Below, in pieces: positions 27,301 to 39,514 of a stretch of DNA of 64,000 nucleotides (position 1 is its first letter; every line of letters begins with the position of its first letter). Under the pieces are notes generated by a model. The model made no database searches and was not told the DNA's origin. It saw only the letters and a program-made list of their open reading frames with translations. This stretch comes from Octopus sinensis (taxonomy: Eukaryota), in assembly GCF_006345805.1 (NCBI RefSeq), contig NC_043020.1, forward strand, positions 13,888,001 to 13,952,000, in the 5' to 3' direction. The position numbers and the translations under genes are program-made.

Positions 27301-30022
27301 CTGAAACTAGTAAAAGAGTAAAGTAAATCATTTTTTAAACAAAATAACACAAAAACACAAAGTAAGGATCGACTAGTCATGACTTGCTAGCGCAGATGCG
27401 CGACTACACGAGTGCACGCACCGGGACCACTGTTCTCAAGTAGTACCCTTATTTGTCCCTGTTGAGTAAATAAACTCTTATACCATTTAGTGGAATTTGT
27501 AGTTGTGATACCAGTGCCGGTGGCACGTAAGAGAACCATCCGAATGTGGCCGTAGCCAGCGCCGCTCTGACTGGCCTCCGTGCCGGTGGCACGTAACAAA
27601 CACCATCTGATCGTGGCCATTGCCAGCCTCGCCTGGCCTTCGTGCCGATGGCACGTAAAAAGCACCATCTGAGCGTGGCCATTGCCAGCCCCGCCCTGAC
27701 TGGTCTCCGTGCCGGTGGCACGTAACAAACACCATCCGATCGTGGCCGTTCGCCAGCCTCGCCTGGCACCTGTGTCGGTGGCACGTAAAAAGCACCCACT
27801 ACACTCATGGAGTGGTTGGCATTTGGAAGGGCATCCAGCGGTAGAAACACTGCCAGATCAGACTGGGCCTGGTGCAGCCTTCGGGCTTCCCAGACCCCAG
27901 TTGAACCGTTCAACCTATGCTAGCATAGAAAGCGGACGTTAAACGATGATGATGATGATTTAATGGAACAATTCTGTGAACGATAAGTTACAAGGATGTA
28001 AACACACCAGCACTAGTTGTTAAGCGGTTGTTGTGTTCATAGACAAACACAGACACGAAGATACACACACACATACATCATCATCGTTTAATGTTCACTT
28101 TCCATGCTGGTATGAGTTGGACAGTTAGACATGGTGCTGACTAGCAGGGAACTGTCTGGATTCCAACTGTCTGTTGTGGCATGGTTGGATGGCCTTCCTA
28201 ATGCCAACCACTTAACAGAGTGTGCTGGGTGCTTTTTATGTGCCACTAGCACGAGTACATTTATGCAACATTAGCACAGGTGTGATTACATAGCACAGCA
28301 CAGGTAGTGTTCCTATTTTTTTTTTGTACTAAAATATTAAAATAAAATCAATAAAGAATCTATGTAAGGTATACTAGCCATCTCAATATGGCTAACCAGT
28401 AAGGGTGGGTGTTACTTTAGCTTGTAGCCCCAAGAGATCATCGTCTCCAGCTGGCTTTAGGCACACTTTCTGTGCACTTATGATATTTGCAAAGGGAGGT
28501 CATCCCTCCCTCATCAACCTAGGTGACACGCACAGACTGCAGTTTCTAGGTGTTTGCCTGTCTTCAGCATACGGCAGTCACTGGTTGTCGATGAAGGGAG
28601 TCCCAATGCAAATCTTTATATCGAAAAACTGTATGCAGTTTTTCAAGATCAGTGACGAAAAGTTACTGGAAAAACCATATAAAGATTTGCATTGGGACTC
28701 CCTTCATCGACAACTGGTGACTGCCGTACATTGAAGACAGGCAAATACCTAGAAATTGCAGTCCGTGCGTGTCACCTAGGTTGACGAAGGAGGGATGACC
28801 TCCCTTTGCAAATATCATAAGGGCACAGAAAGTGTGCCTAAAGCCAGCTGGAGACGATGATCTCCTGGGGCTACAAGCTACAGTAACACCCACCCTTAGT
28901 GGTTAGCCATATTTAGATGGCTAGTATACCTTACATTGTCGTGCAGTTACTGTTTACATCTCGTTCAGAGATTTATTATTGCAATAAAGAATCGCTATAC
29001 ACTTATTCATGTTTGTAACAAAATATCTTCTTTTGGCACTTACAGATTCCCCAAAGATGCCATTCAACGGCAATGTTGGCTGCTCGGAATGAAACGAGAA
29101 AACTATTGGCCTTCAGAGACATCTGTGTTATGTTCCAACCACTTTGAACCTGACTGCTTTGACCAAATCGGTCAAACAACTCAGCTAAGAAAGGATGCAA
29201 TTCCCACCATATTTAAAACTACAAATAGTCTTAAAAAGGTAAGATGTTATTTCATCTCATCACTCTACATCGGTTTTCCCATCATCACCATCACAGTCAT
29301 CATTGTTTTAACGTCTATTTTTACATAACTGACATGGGTCTGTCGTGCAGTTTACTGCTACTCATCTTCATCTTCATCATCATCATCATTTAGCGTCCGC
29401 TTTCCATGCTAGCATGGGTTGGGACGGTTCAACTTGGGTCTGGGAAGCCAGAAGGCTGCACCAGGCCCAGTCTGATCTGGCAATGTTTCTACAGCTGGAT
29501 GCCCTTCCTAATGCCAACCACTCCGTGAGTGTAGTGGGTGCTTTTTGCGTGCCAGATGTGGCTGGCAAACGGCCACAATCGGATGGTGTTTTTTACGTGC
29601 ACGGAGGCCAGTTGGGGTGGCGCTGGCAACGGCCACATTCGGATGGTGCTTTTTACGTGCCACCGGCACGGAAGCCAGTCGGGGCGGCACTGGCAACGGC
29701 CATGTTCGGATGGTTCTCTTGTGCTACCGGCACTGGTATCACAGCTACAATTTCCATTGATGTTGATCGATTTTGATTTTGATTTCATTTTTTTTTTATC
29801 ATCTCAACTCTGGAGCTCTCTAGCCTGAGATCTGATCACATGCAGTGTCCTCTTTCTTCATGCCCCATGTGGCACTATCAAGTGCCTTTCCTACATGTTA
29901 AACAAGGTCACTTCTCAGATGATGCTGGGTTTTTTGTCATGCACTTTAAAGAAGTTCATTTGCTTTAAAGAAGATCCAAGGAAAATATGAATAACAACAA
30001 TGTAACTTCAGCTTCACTAATG

Positions 30023-30063
<41 letters not shown>

Positions 30064-33000
30064 CCTTGGAAATACTCTACAATCTAGATGTATTGTAAAA
30101 TGCTTCTTTACGTTTCTTATTTCTTTACTGCCCACAAGGCGCTATACACAGAGGGCACAAACAAGGACAGACAAACAGATTGTCAATTATATCGACCCCA
30201 GTGCTTAACTGGTACTTATTTAATCAACTTCAAAAGGATGAAAGGCAAAGTCGACCTCAGTGGAATTTGAACTCAGAATGTAGCGGCAGATGAAATACCA
30301 CTAAGCATTTCACCCGGTGTGCTAACGTTTCTGCCAGCTCGCGGCCTTTACGTTTCTGTCTACCAAATCCAATCCCAAGGCTTTAGTCGGCCAGGGCTAC
30401 GGTAGAAGATACTTCTCCAAGGGTGTCATACAGTGGGATTGAACCCAGGTCCATGTGGTTGGGAAGTAAACTTCTTACCACACAGCCACCCCTGCACCTC
30501 AGGGATGGCTGAGTCTTTTATGCTGTCAAACACAGTACATAATTATAACATTGTGCAATTAAATTTCATAGTGTATTATTCATTGTTTATATTTTTGTGT
30601 TACAGCTTTCCACATCCATTCAGCCAATGTTGAAAGGAGGACTTTACAAATGCAACAAGTGTAAATACTCGACAGACAAAAAGCCAAACTGGTACAAACA
30701 TAGGAATAAACATTTAGGTAGGTGAACATATTTCTATTTAATAGCTTAATAACTATTTCTTTACTACCCACAAGGGGCTAAACACAGAGGGGACAAACAA
30801 GGACAGACAAAAGGTTTAAGTCGATTACATCAACCACAGTGCGTAACTGGCACTTAATTTATCGACCCCGAAAGGATGAAAGGCAAAGTCGACCTCGGCG
30901 GAATTTGAACTCAGAATGTAGTGGCAGACAAAATACCTATTTCTTTACTACCCTCAAGGGGCTAAACACAGAGGGGACAAACAAGGACAGACAAATGGAC
31001 TAAGTCGATTACATCGACCCCGAAAGGATGAAAGGCAAAGTCGACCTCGGTGGAATTTGAACTCAGAACGTAACGGCAGACGAAATACGGCTACGCATTT
31101 CGCCCGGCGTGCTAATGTTTCTGCCAGCTCGCCGCCTTTTAATAGCTTAATACCTATTTCTTTATTACCCACAAGGGGCTAAACACAGAGGGGACAAACA
31201 AGGACAGGCAAACGGATTAAGTCGATTACATCGACCCCAGTGCGTAACTGGTACTTAATTTATCGACCCCGAAAGGATGAAAGGCAAAGTCGACCTCGGT
31301 GGAATTTGAACTCAGAACGTAACGGCAGACGAAATACGGCTACGCATTTCGTCCGGCGTGCTAACGTTTCTGCCAGCTCGCCGCCTTTTAATAGCTTAAT
31401 ATACCATTGCTTTCATACACACACAGACACACACTCATACGCACACACTCCAAACCATACACATGCATGCGTACTATCGAAGACATCGCAGGATGTGTTG
31501 AATGACTGCAAAGAGGAAATCTATATGACAGATTTTGCTGCTGTTTCTATGCGGCATTATTAAGTGTCTGCTAGAAATAGCAGCAAAATCTGACTTGTAT
31601 CACACCTTAACTTTAAAAAAATCATTTTGAGATAATGTACTCTTAGATACATTCATCATTATCATCATCCTCATCATCATCATCCTTTAACGTCCGTTTT
31701 TCATGCTGCCATGGGTTGGACCATTAAACCTACACTTCAAAGCCACAGTCGAACCAATTCTACTATATGGCTCAGAAACCTGGACGTTATCAAAGAAGCT
31801 TGAGAGGCAGTTAGATGGAACCTACACTCGCCTCCTTATGAGAGCTCAAAATCTCTCGTGGAGGCGCCATCCAACCAAAATGCAAATATATGGGAAACTA
31901 CCACCTGTGTCATCTCTTGTGAAAGGTGGGAGAGTCCAGTTTGCTGGACATTGTTGTAGAGCTGAAAACAAGGCAATTTCTACTCTTCTCCTCTGGAAGC
32001 CATCTACTCGCAATACCAGAGGGCGCACACTCTCCTACCCTGATGTAATCTCCAGGGTTACCGGCATCCAGCAACAGGACCTCCGTAATGCTATGATGGA
32101 CCGTGAAGTCTGGCGTAGCATGGTAAATTCCATTGTCTCAACCACGGTCAAACAATGATGATGATGATTAAACCTAAAAGAAAATGGGATTGTCACAGCT
32201 GGAATGTCTTTGATCCCCTGAACATGTGCATGGTGTGCAACGTGAAACGAAGTGTGTTCTGCTCAAAAATGCATCCCTCTACCCAACTCTAGGAATTGAA
32301 TTGTGATCGTGAGTGTAACACCTTCACCATTGAACCACTCACCTTCATGCGTGTGTGTTTGTGTGATGTGCATCTATACATGTATGTAGATGGCTGTGTG
32401 ATTTTAAGGTCTAATTTGCAACCTTGTGGTTTGGGGGTTTGGTCCCAGTGCACTGCTCCTTGTGTATCTTCTGTTGCCCCAGGCTGATTAATGCCATGTA
32501 GAGGAAATTGGTAGGCATTTCAACTGTGTGGTCTCAAGTTCAATCCCACTACATGACACTTTAGGCAAGTTTCTTCTACCATGGCCTCAAGCAAAAGGGA
32601 CTGATAGAGTAAGTACCAAACTTAAAAATAATAAATACTGAGTTTGACCCATTCAACTAAAATGCTTCAAGGTGGTGCCCCAGCATGGCCGCAGTCTGAA
32701 ACAAATGAAAGATAAAATATCACAAGGAATCTGGTCCACAGGTCCATGGCCTGGGATTGGTATTTTATTATTGATCAAATCCAAAATCAAAATCGATCAA
32801 CATCAATGGAAATTGCAGTTGTGATACCAGTGCTGGTGGTACGTTGGTATGTAAGAGAACCATCCGAACGTGGCCGTTGCCAGCACCGCCTCGACTGGCC
32901 TCGTGCCGGTGGCACGTAAAAAGCACCATCCAATCGTGGCCGTTTGCCAGCCTTGTCTGGCACCTGTGTCGGTGGCACGTAAAAAGCACCCACTACACTC

Positions 33001-36000
33001 ACGGAGTGGTTGGTGTTAGGAAGGGCATCCAGCTGTAGAAACATTGCCAGATCAGACTTGGCCTGGTGCAGCCTTCTGGCTTCCCAGACCCCAGTTGAAC
33101 CGTCCAACCCATGCTAGCATGGAAAGCGGATGCTAAACGAGGATGATGATGATGATCATCATAGGAGAATGAAAGGTAAAAGTTGGCCTTGATGGGATTT
33201 GAACTCAGAGCCGAGACAATTGGAGCAAATACTGCAAGGCTTTTGCAATCCAATACTCTACTGACTGTACCAAATCATCTCAAAAACAAAATGTTGGTCC
33301 ACTGCCACAATACTGCTTACACCTGTCCTAACAGTGCCAATCTCTAATTGTAGAGGAGCATGTGGAAGGGATAGACCCAGGTAAACATGGGACGAAGTGG
33401 GGAGAAAGGATCTTCAGACGTTGGACCTCACAGAGGGGATGGCAAGGGAACCAGAACTCCTAGGAGTTTGCTGTGCTTGAGAAGACACGTCAAACTAAGT
33501 AAAATTGTGGTTGTCTTTGCATCCCTCTTCAGCTGAACATTCCTAATTTTGCAGGCTCATGGGTGCTGGCACTGCACAAAAAGCACCCATGCTGGTGCTG
33601 TGCAAAAGCATCCCGTACACTCTGTAAAGAGGTTGGCATTAGGAAGGGCATCCAGCTATAGAAATCATGCCAAAACAGACATGAAGCCCAGGCAGCTCTT
33701 CAGTTGGCCAGGTCCTGTCAAATCGTCCAACCCATGCCAGCGTGGAAAATGAATGTTAAATGATGATGATGAGGAGGAGGCTGAAGAATACCCTGTTCCA
33801 TGACTGTGAAACAGAGCACTGTGTAACCAAATTTAAATTTTTTTTTGTCTTTGGTCAGTAAGTGTTATTTCCTATTTGCTTCTATCTTGAAATCAAAGGA
33901 AAAGACTACCATTCCCTTCAAACTTTGTTTTTCCGACCTGAACATCAATGTCTTGAAACTGACCTATTTTCCATTACACTTCAAACAGATTCAGCACTGA
34001 CTTGCTGAAGCAGAAATATCATTATAGCAAATATTCTGTCCATTACCAGAGATTTGCTTGTCAGTTGCTTGATTGCAACCACTTGAGTATGTCTCTTAGT
34101 GGCTGACAATATGTGCATCTCTGATCATGAGCAGGAGTAGTTGGGGAGTATCATAGCCATGAGTTGAAAGGAATTCTTAGGAGTTTGAATAAATGTAGCA
34201 ATAGCAAAGTTTGAAGGCTTTATTAGCCATTTTAAGGCGACAAGCTGGCCGAAACATTAGCACACCGGGCGAAATGCGTAGCCGTATTTCGTCTGCCGTT
34301 ACGTTCTGAGTTCAAATTCCGCCGTGGTCGACTTTGCCTTTCATCCTTTCGGGGTCGATTAAATAAGTACCAGTTACGCACTGGGGTCGATATAATCGAC
34401 TTAATCCGTTTGTATGTCCTTGTTTGTCCCCTCTGTGTTTAGCCCCCTGTGGGTAGTAAAGAAATAGGTATTTCGTCTGTCGTTAGGTTCTGAGTTCAAA
34501 TTCCGCCGAGGTCGACTTTACCTTTCATCCTTTCGGGGTCAATAAAAAAAGTACCAGTTTCGCACTGGGGTCGATATAATCGACTTAATCCATTTGTCTG
34601 TCCTTGTTTGTCCCCTCTATGTTTAGCCCCTTGTGGGTAGTGAAAAAAAAAATTTTACATGGCAAATAGAAAATTACAATTGTTACCCAATGATAAAAAT
34701 TGTTTTAATGATGTGACTTATTGAAAATATTGATTTAAGTTGATATTTCTGACTTACTGGCTTTTTTAACGAGGAGTTTCAAACTGCAATATTTCCGAAA
34801 TGCTCCTAATATATTTGGTTTATCATTCAGGTTTACGACGCCACTGTTGTACAGAATGTAACTACAAAGCAACGACAAGCAGCAACCTCAAGCGCCACCT
34901 GGCAATCCATGCGGATCTTAGGGAATTCAAATGTCCCTTTTGCTATAATTTCTTTCGCCAAAAGATTCACCTGGACAAACATATACTCTATAAACATGAG
35001 GTAACTAAAAAATGTTGTTTTAAGAATTTCATTTCCTAGCACAAAGCCACCTCCTTCATCGAACGTCTGTTTTCCATGCTGGCATGGGTTGGACAGTTCG
35101 ACAGGGGCTAGACAGCCAGAGAGCTACCCAGGATCTGTTTGTCTATTTTGGCTTAGTATCTAAAGTTGAATCATCATCATCATCATTTAGCGTCCGCTTT
35201 CCATGCTAGCATGGGTTGGACGGTTCAACTGGGGTCTGGGAAGCCAGAAGGCTGCACCAGGCCCAGTCTGATCTGGCAATGATTCTACGGCTGGATGCCC
35301 TTCCTAATGCCAACCACTCCGTGAGTGTAGCGGTTGCTTTTTACATGCCACCGGCACAGGTGCCAGACGAGGCTGGCAAACGGCCACGATCAGATGGTGC
35401 TTTTTACGTGCCGCTGGCACGGAGATCGGACGGTGCTTTTTACGTGCCACCGGCACAGGTGCCAGACGAGGCTGGCAAATGCCCACGATTGGATGGTGCT
35501 TTTTACGTGCCACCGGCACGGAGGCCAGACGAGGCTGGCAAACGGCCACGATCGGATGGTGTTTGTTACTTGCCACCGGCATGCTAATGCCAACCACTTT
35601 GCACAGTGTGCTGGGTGCCTTTTACGTGAGTGCTTTTTATGTGAAACTGACATGGGTACTTTTTATGTGAAACTGGCATGGGTCCTTTTTATGTGGCGCT
35701 GACATGAATGCTTTTTACATGGCATCAGTACAAGCACCTTTTACATGGCATTGGCATGAATGTTTCTTTCATGGTGCCAGCATGAGAGCCTTTTAAATGG
35801 CGCCGGCAAAACAGCTTTTCTGTTGTGCTAGCACAAGTGCTTTTTACATGGCACCAACACAAGTGCTTTTTATGTGGCACCAGCATGAGTGCTTTTCACT
35901 GAAATGGAGAAGTTATTGTTCTCAACGACGGACAGAAATAGATAGAGATGCGAGTTGTAGCCAAAACAGTTGAGTTTGTGAGAAATAATGCTGTTGACCT

Positions 36001-39000
36001 CAAGATACAGCTTTTAGCTATGTCACATGTTTCAAATTTTTGCATTTAGCTACCTTCTTTTATTCTTTAACTTGTTTCAGTCACTTGGTTGCAGCCATGC
36101 TGGAGCACCACCTTGGGGGGTTTTAGTCAAAAAAATTGATTCCAAGACTTATTCTTTAATCCTAATACTTGTTTCTTTTGCCAAACTGCTAAGTTACAGG
36201 GATGTAAACACACCAACACTGGTTGTCAAGCGGTGATGGCGGGACAAATACAGACACAAGACATACATACATACATATATATGCATACATATATGAGAGG
36301 CTTCTTTCAGTTTCTGTTTACCAAATCCACTGACAAGGCTTTGGTCAGCCTGAAGCTATAGTAAAAAAGACATCTGCCCAAAGTACCACGCAGCAGGGCT
36401 GAACCCAGAACCATGTGGTTGGGAAGCAAGCTTCTTACCACACAGCCATGCCTGTAATGATTTTTATTAATTACACTATCACTAATTAACATGTTTAAAT
36501 ATTCTTTTCTTTCTCAGCGCAAAAGATCAAAGTTGGACCTGACCAAAGCGTTAAGCCGTGAAGCACTGAAAAGGGTTTCCTCTCCTAAAGTTAACACAAA
36601 AGATTCCCAGCTAAATACGGACCTTTACAATCAAGACAGAATCCTTAAACCAATTCAGATCTGGTAACTTAATATTTCTTTAACCCCCTTAGCATAAAGG
36701 TTACTTTATCAAATGTACTGTATTTGATGGCCTATAAGACACACAAGTGCATAGGACGCACCTTAGCCCTGGCTATACTTTAGTAAAATAAATTAAAATA
36801 ACTTTATGTTATTACTGGTAATTATAAGCAATTTATTGCATCCACATTCAATATAAACATACCATACGAGTGTGATCATTGACAGAGCGGCTAACCGGCT
36901 TCTGTGCCAGTGGCACTTAAAGGGCACCATTCGAGCGTGATCGTTACCAGCATCGCCTTACTGGCACTTGTGCCCGTGCTAGTAGGGTGCCAAGAGCACC
37001 ATCTGAGGGTGATTGGCTTCTGTACCAGTGGCACGTGTAAAAGGATTTGAGCGAGGTCGTTGCCAGTACCGCCTGACTGGCCCCCGTGCCGGTGGTACAT
37101 AAAAAGCACCCACTACACTCTCGGAGTAGTTGGCATTAGGAAGGGCATCCAGCTGTAGAAACTCTGCCAAATCAAGATTGGAACCTGGTGCAACCATCTG
37201 GTTTGCCAGCCCTCAGTCAAAATCATCCAACCCATGCTAGCATGGAAAGTGGACGTTAAACGATGATGATGATGATGATACTGTAGGCGATTGTTCACCT
37301 ATAGATAGCAACACATGTTTTGTAAACATACATACCGTTTTGAGCCTACATTAAGTGCATTGGATGCCATTTTGGGATAAAAAAAAGGTGTGTTTTATTG
37401 GCCATCGAATATGGTAATTCTTACTGATTCACATTGTTTTGAATTACCCCTGCATTGTCTTGTAGCTTTGAGATTTCAATGATAATCTTTTATTCTTTTA
37501 CTTGTGTCAGTCCTTTGACTGTGGCCATGCTGGAGCACCACCTTGAAGGGTTTTAGCCAAACAAGCTGACTCCAGGACTTATTTCTTTTTTAAGCCTAGT
37601 ACTTATTCTATCAATTTCTTTTGCTGAACTGCTAAGTTGTGGGGATGTAAACACACTAACACCTGTTGTCAAGCAGTGATGGGGGGATAAACATAGACAA
37701 AAAGATACACACACACACATATATACGACGGTCTTCTTTCAGTTTCTGTCTACCAAATCCACTGATAAGGCTTTGGTAGGTCCTAGGTTTTAAAAGAAGA
37801 CACTTGCCCACGTTGCCACGCTGTGAAACTGAACCCAGAACCATGTGGTTGAGAAGCTAGCTTCTTACCACACAGCCACACCTGTGTTAATAATTGTATA
37901 TTTTTAGAACGACATTGTAGGGTAGGTGTGAAAGGTCAGATCCAGCCAGTTTGAACACAGTTGGATGTAGTTTGGAGGAGATTTGGTCGTTATGTTTAGC
38001 AAGTCAAAATTACCACAATCAACTTGTTGGTTCCAGTTTCCGTCTACCAAATCCACTGATAAGACTTTGGTAGGTCCTAAGTTTTAAAAGAAGACACTTG
38101 CCCAAGGTGCCACGCTGTGAAACTGAACCCAGAACCATGTGGTTGAGAAACTAGCTTCTTACCACACAGCCACACCTGTGCTTATAATTGTATATTTTTA
38201 GAACGGTGGCGAGCTGGCAGAAACGTTAGCACACCGGGCGAAATGCTTTGCGGTACCTCGTCCGCTGCTGCGTTCTGAGTTCAAATTCCGCCGAGGTCCA
38301 CTTTGCCTTTCATCCTTTCGGGGTCAATAAATTAAGTACCAGTTACGCACTGGGGTCGATGTAATCGACTTAATACCTATGTCTGTCCTTGTTTGTCCCC
38401 TCTGTGTTTAGCCCCTTGTGGGTAATAAAGAAATATGTATATTTTTAGAACGACATTGTAGGGTAGGTGTGAAAGGTCAGATCCGGCCAGTTTGAACAAA
38501 GTTGGATGTAGTTTGGAGGAGATTTGGTTGTTATGTCTAGCAAGTCAAAATGACCACAATCAACTTGTTTGTTCCTAATTATTTTGTTGTTTATTTTTCT
38601 TTTTATTTCAACTTAGTTGTCTTTTATGGTAAATAGGAACATTAATCTTGAGATTTATTTGAAGGGAGATTCCTGAAGATCCGGTTCCTTTATCCGATGG
38701 TAAACATGATGAGCAGAGTTCCGAACAGGAACTTCAGTTTTCCGAACAAAAACCACAATACTCAGAAAATAATCAGCAATATTCCCAGCAGGAACTTCGG
38801 TATTCCGACCAAGACGATGCCGTTCCTCCAATGGTCTATGTTCCACCCCGCTCCAAGAAAGTCCATATTGTCTCTGAGCATCAGTACCATGTCATGGAAA
38901 GTTTGGCACAACTCTGGAAGAAAGGCAAATTGTGTGATGCTGCCATCGGAAATGGAAGTTCTGTGTTGATGGTGAGCCTCGACTGTTTTCAATTTTGTTT

Positions 39001-39478
39001 TTTTCTCTCTTTTACTTGTTTCTGTCATTGGACTGTGGCCATGCTGGGGCACCACTTTGAAAAATTTTTTAGTCAAATGAATCGACCTCAGGGGTTATTA
39101 TATCAGCTTTATGGTACTTATTCTATTGGCCTCTTTAGCCCTACTGCTAAGTTATGGGGATGTAAACAAACCAACATTGGTTGTCAGGTGGTGGTAGGGG
39201 ACAAATGCAGACACAAAGACACACACTCTCTCACACACACACACACTCATATATATATCTATAAATGATCTAATATCTATACAGCCTTGGTGCTTTATCT
39301 TATTACGCAAAAAAATTCTTATATACACACGCTGACATAGAACCAACATTGAACCCTTTATTCACAATATTACCGAATATGGAACTTAACTATGGTCTGT
39401 CTATAGAACTTATTCAGCATTACCTGACACCTTTGGGTCTCAATGACACCATTATCTCTTATAACCTCAACTTCTCGC

Positions 39479-39514
<36 letters not shown>

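Larger units (their letters stand above)
28361..28981. mobile_element. Non-autonomous hammerhead-bearing retroelement (PLE/retrozyme-like) with inverted arms
   Basis: Arms ~28362-28620 and ~28678-28936 are near-perfect reverse complements; 12-bp TSD CAATAAAGAATC at 28349-28360 and 28982-28993. Confidence 0.8.

Noticed and set aside
27387-27942. Recurrent ORFs such as MDGSTGVWEARRLHQ / FTCHRH / [12 protein letters not shown]
   Set aside because: Chance frames through dispersed SINE families, not genes.
28630-28680. Superficial likeness of ggtttttcc...gaaaaac to dicistrovirus IGR IRES domain 3
   Set aside because: No pseudoknot partner or downstream ORF; explained as a hairpin of the hammerhead element.
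29046-29238. THAP exon as part of a P-element transposase
   Set aside because: No transposase catalytic region or P-type TIRs; it splices in phase to zinc-finger exons.
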